A stretch of DNA of 64,000 bases from a bacterium (GTDB taxonomy: Bacteria; SZUA-182; DTGQ01; JAFGSM01), in contig JBLIRO010000003.1 in assembly GCA_049472335.1 (NCBI GenBank), positions 77,608-141,607 of the forward strand, given 5' to 3'. Position 1 is the first letter of the stretch; every line of letters begins with the position of its first letter. Position numbers and translations under genes: made by a program. Below, piece after piece: positions 40,371 through 49,018 of this stretch. Under the pieces are notes generated by a model. That model did not search any database. It worked only from the letters and a program-made list of their open reading frames with translations, and was not told the origin of the DNA.

Positions 40371-41267
40371 TTAATCTGGAAAAGAGAGGTTTAATTCAAT
40401 GGATGAGTAAAATTTTCTCTCCAGGGCCTTAACTTCATCCATTCTTGCAGGATCAAGAAATGTTCTGTAAATAAGGTCGTTTTTTTGCGGAGATCTTTTA
40501 AGCATCTTTTTCTCAAGCTGAAACAGTGCCTCTATGGATTTATCACACACCGGATACCCTCTGTCATCGATTTTGATTATAGAATCAAAAGAGATATTTG
40601 AAATATTGTTAATATCTACCAACTTGATATTTCCCTTGGGAGTAATTATGAGATTTCCTATCCCTGCCAGATCCGGAACATAGTTTGCTTCCAGTATCAT
40701 TTTTTTAATCCTTCTTATAAATATTTCAACCTGTTCCCGAACGCCATTTATCCATGATTCTTTTACGTTTTCTGAAACTTCATTTTTTCTAAACCCCATA
40801 TCGAACATCAATGAGGCCATGTGTCTTTTATCCAAAATGGCCCAGGGGTCCAATATAACACCTTTTACGTATTCCTGCAGGCCGCAAAGTATTATTTCCC
40901 ATTTATCATGATTAAAATAATTAACTATAAATTCCTGGGATTTTGCAATATTATCAGGGGCCAGATATTTTGCTATTATTTTGACCCTTTTAATCTCTTC
41001 TTCAGCCTCCTTTAATGTTTTAAATCTCGTTTTGAAGATCCTCAACATTCCTGAAGGCTCGGCCCTGGGAAACAATCTCAATCCATCGACGACCATCCCC
41101 TTTGTTTCATTTTCAACTGCCTTGGGAGTCAACAACTCCATTATATGTGAACGTAGTCCCTCCCGATAGTGCCTCCTGAAATGATAAATCCCATGAGACC
41201 TGATAAAATTAAGGCCTATTATATCTTTATGATTTAAGATTGTATGGTCTCTTATATCTTGTTCCAT
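40371..41267 (-). CDS. Hypothetical protein with atypical kinase-like motifs
   Basis: LQEYVKG, PDLAGIGNL, IKLVDINN. Confidence 0.55.
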   Translation of the reverse strand: MEQDIRDHTILNHKDIIGLNFIRSHGIYHFRRHYREGLRSHIMELLTPKAVENETKGMVVDGLRLFPRAEPSGMLRIFKTRFKTLKEAEEEIKRVKIIAKYLAPDNIAKSQEFIVNYFNHDKWEIILCGLQEYVKGVILDPWAILDKRHMASLMFDMGFRKNEVSENVKESWINGVREQVEIFIRRIKKMILEANYVPDLAGIGNLIITPKGNIKLVDINNISNISFDSIIKIDDRGYPVCDKSIEALFQLEKKMLKRSPQKNDLIYRTFLDPARMDEVKALERKFYSSIELNLSFPD

Positions 41268-41402
41268 TTAGTAATTTAAAAATCCCATTTGAGATTCTTT
41301 GATTATAGTATTAAAATTCAAAATATATAACATTATCATTCATGCACAGTCAATTACAACTTCCAAAAGGGAAAGTTTTTAAACCCTAAAAGGAGATAAA
41401 AC

Positions 41403-43313
41403 TTGCTGCAGCGCACCCTCATCCGTTTATTCGAAAATGCTTGTCAAAAATATTCCGACAGACCTTACCTTTGGGAAAAAAATGGCGCAAGTTTTCAACT
41501 CAAAACCTATAAAGAAGTCCATAAACTCGTCTATGAAACGGCGGCAGGGCTTATTGCCATTGGTGTGAAAAAAGGAGATCGTATCGCGCTCTTATCTGAG
41601 GGCCGTGTCTGTTGGATAGTCACTGAGCTCGCTATCCTGTATACCGGAGCGGTAAATGTTCCCTTTTCCGTTAAACTAAATGAATATGAAGAATTGAAAT
41701 TTCGTCTCTCTCATGCAGAATGCCGCTTCTGTTTTACTTCCGGGAGCCAATTGTCCAAGGTGAGAGATCTAAAGAGAGATCTCCCGGATTTGGAAAGGGT
41801 TATTCTTTTCGATGGAATGCCACAGGATTCAGACGAGATAACTTTACATATGCTTCAAGACATAGGCAAGCAATTTCTGGCTGAATCTGAAAATCGATTC
41901 TGCGAAAGACGCGACTCCGTTCAGGAAGAAGACCTTGCCAATATCTGTTATACTTCAGGCACAATCTCGGACCCCAAGGGTGTTATGCTGACACACCGCA
42001 ATTATACTGCCAATGTTGAGCAGGCTTGCGCCATTGTGGATATCCCACCGGACTGGGTTACTCTATTAATTCTTCCATGGGATCATTCCTTTGGTCATAC
42101 AGCAGGTCTTTATACCTTTATGGCAAAAGGGGCAGGCATTGCCTCTGTGGAAGCAGGCTCAACAACTATAGAAACACTTAGGAATATTTCAAATAATATC
42201 AGGGAGACTCGACCACATTTGATATTAAGCGTACCATCATTGACTAAAAACTTTCGAAAGGCGATTGATCGTGGCATCCGTCAAAAGGGTTTAAAGGTTG
42301 AGATACTTTTCCATTGTGCCCTTAAGATGGCGTATAAGTATAATGGCCTTGGAATGGATCGTGGTAAGGGTCTGAAACGGAAACCTTTAAAGCCTTTTAT
42401 GACTTTTTGGGATAAGATCTTTTTCAAAAAAATACGGAATGATTTTAGCAACCGGTTAGAATATTTCATCGGAGGCGGTGCTGTCCTTGACATGGAGATG
42501 CAACGATACTTTTTCGCGATCGGAATCCCTATTTACCAGGGATACGGCTTGACAGAGGCAGCCCCGATCGTTTCAGCCAATTCGCCCAAACTTTATAAAC
42601 TGGGAACATCGGGCAAACCCCTTCCGAATCTGGAGCTTCGCATAGTGGATGAAGATGATCATGACCTGCCTACAGGCAAAACAGGAGAAATAGCTGTAAA
42701 GGGTGAAAACGTCATGAAAGGTTACTGGATGAACGGGATTGCCACGGCAAAAACACTTAGAAACGGATGGCTCTTTACCGGGGATTTGGGCTATCTGGAT
42801 GAGGATGGCTTCCTGGTTATTCTGGGGAGAAAAAAAAGCCTTCTTATAAGTGATGACGGGGAAAAATTTTGTCCTGAGAGTATAGAAGAGGCATTTGCCA
42901 GCAATTCGATATATATAGATCAGGTGATGCTTTACAATAGCCAGTCTCCATATACGGTGGCCCTGATTTATCCCAATCGGGAAAATCTGATAAACTTTCT
43001 TAAGGCAAGGGGGCTTTCACAAAAAACCGAGGCAGGACAAAGAGCGGCGATCGAATGCATCATTAAGGAAATAGAAAACTATAAAACCGGCTCATTTAAA
43101 GGGAGATTCCCGGGCAAATGGCTTCCTGCTTCCATAGCTATATTAGGTGAGGGATTCACGGAAGAAAACCGCATGATGAACAGTACCATGAAAATGGTTC
43201 GCAGACGTATTTTTGAATTTTACAAGGACCGGATCGATTACCTTTTCACGCCTGAGGGAAAAGACCCCTTTAATCACCGAAACATGACTATAATGAGCCG
43301 CTTGAGCGAATAG
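41403..43313 (+). CDS. Long-chain fatty acid-CoA ligase
   Basis: YTSGTISDPKG, GYGLTE, TGDLG; TTG start after AAGGAG. Confidence 0.92.
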   Translation: MLQRTLIRLFENACQKYSDRPYLWEKNGASFQLKTYKEVHKLVYETAAGLIAIGVKKGDRIALLSEGRVCWIVTELAILYTGAVNVPFSVKLNEYEELKFRLSHAECRFCFTSGSQLSKVRDLKRDLPDLERVILFDGMPQDSDEITLHMLQDIGKQFLAESENRFCERRDSVQEEDLANICYTSGTISDPKGVMLTHRNYTANVEQACAIVDIPPDWVTLLILPWDHSFGHTAGLYTFMAKGAGIASVEAGSTTIETLRNISNNIRETRPHLILSVPSLTKNFRKAIDRGIRQKGLKVEILFHCALKMAYKYNGLGMDRGKGLKRKPLKPFMTFWDKIFFKKIRNDFSNRLEYFIGGGAVLDMEMQRYFFAIGIPIYQGYGLTEAAPIVSANSPKLYKLGTSGKPLPNLELRIVDEDDHDLPTGKTGEIAVKGENVMKGYWMNGIATAKTLRNGWLFTGDLGYLDEDGFLVILGRKKSLLISDDGEKFCPESIEEAFASNSIYIDQVMLYNSQSPYTVALIYPNRENLINFLKARGLSQKTEAGQRAAIECIIKEIENYKTGSFKGRFPGKWLPASIAILGEGFTEENRMMNSTMKMVRRRIFEFYKDRIDYLFTPEGKDPFNHRNMTIMSRLSE

Positions 43314-43416
43314 TCTAACAATTGGATATAGTCAGAGAGAACAAAACCTTAATCATAAAAGGTAAAAGCGGCTAAAATTGGATATAATTTCCTTCCAGGA
43401 AATCCATACTGCATCC

Positions 43417-44400
43417 TCACGGCGAGCTGATTTGTGTAAGGTCCTCATACGTAGGGCCTGAAGGTTGTACAGAAATCAGTTTTTGTATACTAAATGCGTT
43501 CGAGTATGGATTTATAAACTGATTTGCCTGGTAAAAATTATAAGTGGCAGAGGATAAAAACTGTTGTCCGTAATGAACCATAGAACCAATGGGAGAAGAT
43601 TGGTAAAATGACGATGGAAAGGTTGTTTGCAGAATCAGACCGGCAGGCCATTGGTAATTCATAAACGGCATAATTTTCTGTGTCTGTAATGTTACATTAG
43701 TATTGTTAGATTTCTTAGGTGATTCATCTTTCGCTATCTTTGGGATCTTATTCGGATCATTTTTATGAGTGATGGGAAGCCCGGTGTCCATCCAGGATAC
43801 CGGATCATTTTCATTGACAATATTATCGCTAATTGTCTCCAATGAGATATCAGCAGGTCCATTGTCGGTTCTGTACGGATACCCCTTATATCCGTCATAT
43901 AGTCCATTATAGCTGGTCCCTTGAAATCCGCCTCCTATACCGCCCGGAAAATGGCTTGCCTCTTTTAGCTTATTATCTATTTCATAGACATTTGTGAAAC
44001 CCAGGGTTTCCAGACGCTGTGCAGCGAAACTGCTCCTGATTCCACACGCGCACATGGTTATCAATGGCCGGGTTTTATCATCACCAAATGTCTGGCTGAC
44101 AAGTTTATCGAACTCAGGATTATCTATTAACTTTACCGCACCATTTTCATCTATCCCATTGAAAATCTTCCAGGATATAAGGTAGGCAATAGGGTCACCT
44201 TCAGATTCCAGGGCCGGACTCCCTACAAAAACATATTCCTCCAGGGTCCTTACGTCGATGATGATGGCTTGACCTGTGCTTATCATGTCATATGCCTCTT
44301 GGGCGGTAATTACCTCATATGCGGAAGTATTTCCGATCCTCAGGGCAAGTATTAGTAAAAACAATACTATCGCCATAGTGATATATAAATTCCTTTTCAT
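43417..44400 (-). CDS. Exported rhodanese-domain protein with a low-complexity tail
   Basis: Signal peptide; IIDVRT.EEY; MCACGIRS active loop; WMDTGLP. Confidence 0.82.
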   Translation of the reverse strand: MKRNLYITMAIVLFLLILALRIGNTSAYEVITAQEAYDMISTGQAIIIDVRTLEEYVFVGSPALESEGDPIAYLISWKIFNGIDENGAVKLIDNPEFDKLVSQTFGDDKTRPLITMCACGIRSSFAAQRLETLGFTNVYEIDNKLKEASHFPGGIGGGFQGTSYNGLYDGYKGYPYRTDNGPADISLETISDNIVNENDPVSWMDTGLPITHKNDPNKIPKIAKDESPKKSNNTNVTLQTQKIMPFMNYQWPAGLILQTTFPSSFYQSSPIGSMVHYGQQFLSSATYNFYQANQFINPYSNAFSIQKLISVQPSGPTYEDLTQISSP

Positions 44401-44697
44401 AATCCCTCAACTCCCTTTCTTCTGTTAATTGCTTTTCTAAAAATTCCTTTACATTCAGTAAAAAAATAAATCAATAAGACATCATTATTAATATATTAAT
44501 CTTTTATATATTTTTTTGTCAAAATTATTTTCTTAAAATATACAAGTATTTAATTACTAAATTACTTTTTACGCTACCATCAATCATTTGATTTATTTCA
44601 AAAAAGGAATAAAATTAGAATATAGAAAAATCTTTTGAGGAAAATCCGGTGATTGCAAAAATCTAAATAATACCAGTCCAGTACTCATAATCTTTTA

Positions 44698-45522
44698 ATG
44701 AGTACAATGAATATGTTGGATATGACATTGTCAAAAAATGAAAATCAAATTGATCTCTCAATGCAACAGATATTTTCCAGCAATTGTATACCTACCGAAA
44801 CCCTGGGGCTGATTTCCAAAACTATTGATAAGTATATGAATAAATTCAATAATGATATTGTTGATTATACTTATTTAAATATATCTTCTATGATAGATCA
44901 TACTTTGTTAAATGCCGACGCGCCTAAGGATGATATCAAAAGGTTATGTGCCGAAGCGCATCAATATAAGTTTTATTCAGTGTGTGTGAATCCGGCTTAT
45001 GTAGCATTATGTAAAGAGCAACTCTATGGGAAAAATATAAGAATATGCACTGTTGTTGGTTTTCCTCTCGGTGCACACACTTCGGCTGTGAAGGCATTTG
45101 AGGCAAAGGATGCCGAATCGAATGGCGCTGATGAGATTGATATGGTTATCAACATCGGAGCCATAAAGGATAGAAATCTTGAATATGCCAGGGAGGATAT
45201 AGAATCTGTTATTAATGCCACCTCAAAAAGGATAATAATAAAGGTTATTCTTGAAAATGCATACCTCACATTCGAAGAAAAGATTCTGAGCTGTTTAGTC
45301 TCAAAATGTGCAGGGGCGGATTTCGTCAAAACATCGACTGGTTTCGGACCTTCAGGAGCGACCATAAAGGATGTCGCCTTGATGCGTTATATAGTGGGCA
45401 ATAAAATGGGAGTTAAAGCGGCAGGGGGTATCAGGGATCGCTCGAACACCCTTAAAATGATTAAAGCAGGAGCAAACAGGATAGGAACATCATCATCGTT
45501 AAAAATCATTTCAGAAGCCTGA
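44698..45522 (+). CDS. deoC: Deoxyribose-phosphate aldolase (N-terminal extension; start uncertain)
   Basis: IDHTLL, VGFPLG, EIDMV, FVKTSTG, VKAAGG, RIGTS. Confidence 0.96.
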   Translation: MSTMNMLDMTLSKNENQIDLSMQQIFSSNCIPTETLGLISKTIDKYMNKFNNDIVDYTYLNISSMIDHTLLNADAPKDDIKRLCAEAHQYKFYSVCVNPAYVALCKEQLYGKNIRICTVVGFPLGAHTSAVKAFEAKDAESNGADEIDMVINIGAIKDRNLEYAREDIESVINATSKRIIIKVILENAYLTFEEKILSCLVSKCAGADFVKTSTGFGPSGATIKDVALMRYIVGNKMGVKAAGGIRDRSNTLKMIKAGANRIGTSSSLKIISEA

Positions 45523-45524
45523 AG

Positions 45525-45552
45525 CTCTGTTATTTCTGTGTCCTCTGTTGTA
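45525..45552. repeat. Short 9-nt-period CTCTGT repeat (reads TTEDTEITE on the minus strand)
   Basis: CTCTGTTAT TTCTGTGTC CTCTGTTGT directly after the deoC stop. Confidence 0.5.
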
Positions 45553-45587
45553 AATAAATTCAAATACATGTTAAGAGGTTCTTTATA

Positions 45588-45980
45588 ATGAGCCATGTCA
45601 GACGTATCGACTTGAAGGGAAATATCTGGAATGATGAGAGGGGTTGGGGTGTAAGTCCAATAGAAGCTGCCGGCGTTCAGAGAGATTTATTAGGGAATAT
45701 TCATTTGACACTTATAAGACCGGGATGCAAGAGGGGAAATCACTATCATAAAAACTCCACCGAATGGCTTCTCATCTTTGGCGGTCCGGCAAGGTTTTTT
45801 TGGCGTTCATACAATGAAGATTCGATCCATGAAGAGATTATAAATGAAACGGAACCTGCATTGTTTGAAATTCCCCCGAACGTTGAACATACTATCCTGA
45901 ATGATTCCAGGGGCAATATTTATTTAATGGCTTTCAGCGATTCCAACGAGCGTGATACTATTAGAAGTATCTTGGCATAA
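45588..45980 (+). CDS. Cupin-fold protein (WxcM/sugar isomerase-like)
   Basis: DERG, RGNHYH...E, IPPNVEH. Confidence 0.8.
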   Translation: MSHVRRIDLKGNIWNDERGWGVSPIEAAGVQRDLLGNIHLTLIRPGCKRGNHYHKNSTEWLLIFGGPARFFWRSYNEDSIHEEIINETEPALFEIPPNVEHTILNDSRGNIYLMAFSDSNERDTIRSILA

Positions 45981-46126
45981 AGAGGAAAATAGATGGGAGT
46001 AAGGAATTATGAAAAGGTTATTTTCTAATAAAGAACTCTCTGACAAAAAGGAGGGATATGCGGATCATCAATTGATAGAAACGGATAGGGATGAAGCTGT
46101 AATAAAAAGAAAGATTGCAGAGATTT

Positions 46127-47452
46127 ATGATGAATGCCATTGAGCTTATTGCAAAAAAGCGTGACGGAATGAAGTTATCTTATCCTGAGCTGGAATTCTT
46201 TGTATGCTCTTTTGTAAGTGGCCTGATACCCGATTATCAGATGGCAGCCATGCTCATGGCCATATACATTAAAGGTATGGATTATGATGAGACTGCCTGG
46301 CTTACCGATGTTATGCTCAAATCCGGAGAAAAACTGACCTTTCCCTTGCCTGACAATTTATATGTTGATAAACATTCTACAGGGGGAGTCGGAGACAAAC
46401 TTTCACTGATCCTGGCGCCGCTTTTGGCTTCCTGCGGAGCCAAAGTGCCCATGCTTTCCGGCAGGGGACTCGGACACACAGGGGGCACTTTGGACAAACT
46501 CGAGTCTATTCCAGGGTTTAGAACCGATCTGTCAATTAAAGAATTTAAAGACATAGTGAATACAGTAGGCTGCGTTATTTCCGGCCAGACACCCCAAATC
46601 GCCCCTGCTGACAGAATTATGTATAACCTTCGTCACAGCACTTCCACGGTTGAATCCATACCGTTGATTTGCGCCTCCATACTTTCCAAAAAATTCGCCG
46701 CAGGGTCAAAAAGTTTGGTTTTTGACGTAAAATGCGGTAATGGCGCGTTTATGAAAACCATGGATGAAGCTGAAGATCTGGCAAAAAATCTAATAGAAGT
46801 GGGAAAGGCCATGGGAAAAACAGTCACGGCGTTTATCACTGATATGAATCAGCCATTGGGTTATTCCGCCGGCAATTTATTAGAGGTCACAGAATCCATC
46901 GAGGCCCTCCTTGGTAAAATAAGCCCTGACCTTTATTATTTAACGCTTGCCATTGGGGCCGAAATGTTAATAATGGCGGGAATTAAAGAAGATCGCAATA
47001 AGGCTTTCTCCATGCTTAAAGAGAGACTTAAAAAAAGATCAGCATTCGCCAAATTCGAGGAAATGGTATCGAAGCAGGGGGGTGATCTGACGATATTCTC
47101 TCATCCGAACAGGATGCCGAAAGCCCCGGCCATAGGAACATACAAATCACCGGGCGATGGTTATTTACAGGCATTCGATACTGCCGGCCTGGGCCGCCTT
47201 ATACTTGATATGGGGGGAGGGAGAAAGACAAAGGATGACAAGATCGACAATCTGGTTGGCCTGAAATTTTTTAAAAAGATCGGAAAAAATGTTTCCAGAG
47301 GCGAGGATTTGGTTGAGATCCACGCACAAAACGAAAACCAGCTAAATGAAACCATGGACCAAATGGAATCCCTGATAAAAATCGGACCTGATAAGGTCAC
47401 CCAGCCACTTCTTGTTAAAAAAAGGATCGGGATCGATTTAAACCAATCATAA
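46127..47452 (+). CDS. pdp: Pyrimidine-nucleoside/thymidine phosphorylase
   Basis: KKRDG, DKHSTGGVGDK, SGRGLGHTGGTLDKLESIPG, SILSKK. Confidence 0.95.
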   Translation: MMNAIELIAKKRDGMKLSYPELEFFVCSFVSGLIPDYQMAAMLMAIYIKGMDYDETAWLTDVMLKSGEKLTFPLPDNLYVDKHSTGGVGDKLSLILAPLLASCGAKVPMLSGRGLGHTGGTLDKLESIPGFRTDLSIKEFKDIVNTVGCVISGQTPQIAPADRIMYNLRHSTSTVESIPLICASILSKKFAAGSKSLVFDVKCGNGAFMKTMDEAEDLAKNLIEVGKAMGKTVTAFITDMNQPLGYSAGNLLEVTESIEALLGKISPDLYYLTLAIGAEMLIMAGIKEDRNKAFSMLKERLKKRSAFAKFEEMVSKQGGDLTIFSHPNRMPKAPAIGTYKSPGDGYLQAFDTAGLGRLILDMGGGRKTKDDKIDNLVGLKFFKKIGKNVSRGEDLVEIHAQNENQLNETMDQMESLIKIGPDKVTQPLLVKKRIGIDLNQS

Positions 47453-47554
47453 AAAGATTTTAATACACTAAATCCATATGAGAAAAAATCAGAATTTCTT
47501 TTTCATGTGAAATTCATAAAGTGCATAATTAAAGGACTTTTAGAAGAAATTATT

Positions 47555-47583
47555 TTGACAAAACAAGAAATAGGCATTAGAAT
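47555..47583 (+). promoter_or_regulatory. Putative sigma-70 promoter about 415 nt upstream of the GGY-repeat gene
   Basis: TTGACA-17 nt-TAGAAT. Confidence 0.6.
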
Positions 47584-47997
47584 TAATAATATAAAGCGTA
47601 ATTTATTTAGGTACTAAATTATTATATAAAACAATCCAAAAAAGAATCAACCAAAACATTTTACCAAAAAAGGGATAGTTTGAATAATATTTTTTAAAGA
47701 TTTTCCATATTATAAATTTGAATTTTCAGAAAAGGCAATTATGATAAAAATCTCTATTTATCATTAACTTTTAAGAATCCGATTTTATATCATAATGAAT
47801 ATTCAAAAGTAACGTCTACTGTTAATAAGCCAACTAATAACTATCCCAAATCGATTATTAGTGGCGATGCCTGCCACTTAAAATCAAAATGTAATAAGGA
47901 GGTGATGCCAAAAGCAAAAAAGTATGGTTTGGTTTTTGAGAGAACTTTATGATGTGATTAATAATTTAATAAAAAAAAAGGGGGGAGGGAGAATATT

Positions 47998-48663
47998 ATG
48001 AATAGAAAGATTTTAAACCTATTATTCATAAGTTTAATCTCTGTTTGTTTAGTTGTTGGATTTTTAGGAAGAACGGCTATGGCTCAAGTTAGTGATACTG
48101 ACAAATCAAAGTCAGGCAAGGCCTATGAGTATCAAGAACAATGCGTAGGTGGATGGTGTTCTACTATCGCCACTCAATATACAAGTATGTATGACATGAT
48201 GATGGGGAATTATTTCCCTAATGTAACTTATTCATCTACGCGTCCTGATATGGGTAGTTTGTTCACCGGCTCTGCCTCATCTTATTCCAGGGGCAGCGCT
48301 ACCGGAGGCCTTTTTACGGGACCGATGTTTTCATTTCCGACTAATCCATATTCTTATATGATGGGTGCGACACTGGCTCCTCAGTATGAAACCGCCTCAA
48401 ACTATAGTCCATGGGGCGGTAGTATGAATTATTCATCCATGTATGCACCAGCTGGATTTGGAGGATCGGGATTTAGGCTGGGTCCTTTTAGTAGTATGGG
48501 TTATGGTGGTTATGGCGGATACGGCGGCTACGGCGGTTATGGCGGTTATGGCGGATACGGCACTGGCGGCTATGGCGGATACGGTGGTTATGGCGGTTAT
48601 GGCGGCTATGGTGGTTTTGGTGGTTTTGGTGGTTTTGGTGGCTTTCCAACAATGATTATCTAA
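47998..48663 (+). CDS. Exported Gly/Tyr/Ser/Met-rich low-complexity protein with a (GGY)n(GGF)4 tail
   Basis: Signal peptide AMA-Q, G-rich RBS, own terminator; synonymous codon variation across the repeats. Confidence 0.85.
   Translation: MNRKILNLLFISLISVCLVVGFLGRTAMAQVSDTDKSKSGKAYEYQEQCVGGWCSTIATQYTSMYDMMMGNYFPNVTYSSTRPDMGSLFTGSASSYSRGSATGGLFTGPMFSFPTNPYSYMMGATLAPQYETASNYSPWGGSMNYSSMYAPAGFGGSGFRLGPFSSMGYGGYGGYGGYGGYGGYGGYGTGGYGGYGGYGGYGGYGGFGGFGGFGGFPTMII
48499..48645 (+). repeat. 9-bp-period coding repeat (GGY/GGF)
   Basis: GGYGGNTAY and GGTGGTTTT units. Confidence 0.9.
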
Positions 48664-48690
48664 ATTTTGTGAATTTTACTTAGGTCATCT

Positions 48691-48729
48691 AAAGACTCCT
48701 TCCCTTTTAAAAGAGGGAAGGGGTCTTTT
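48691..48729 (+). terminator. Intrinsic terminator
   Basis: AAAGACTCCTTCCCT...AGGGAAGGGGTCTTTT. Confidence 0.8.
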
Positions 48730-48797
48730 CTATAATATAATCACATCATGACATTTATTGTTCTTTTTTCTTACTAAATTCATCATACTACAAAATA

Positions 48798-48889
48798 TAA
48801 TCTATTCTTTTGTGTAATCCATTCTTTTTTAATCTATTCTCTTGTAATCCATTCTCTTGTTGACAAACCCTCTTTTTTGTTTTTATACT
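48798..48889 (+). promoter_or_regulatory. Four TAATCYATTCT direct repeats followed by a sigma-70 promoter
   Basis: Repeats start at 48798, 48815, 48830, 48845; TTGACA 48860-48865, 18 nt, TATACT 48884-48889. Confidence 0.6.
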
Positions 48890-49018
48890 CTCTTCAAATA
48901 TAATCAGAATTAATGTTTTTATCTTTGCTATGATCATTAACACAATCCCCTACTGTTTAAAATTTTTAAAGGATCTGAGAAAACACCTCGAATCGCTTAT
49001 TTATGAAAGGACTGTAAT

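Noticed and set aside
48443..48655. Alternative-frame ORF with VMAVMADT repeats
   Set aside because: A shadow of the GGY repeat in another frame; no RBS or independent support.
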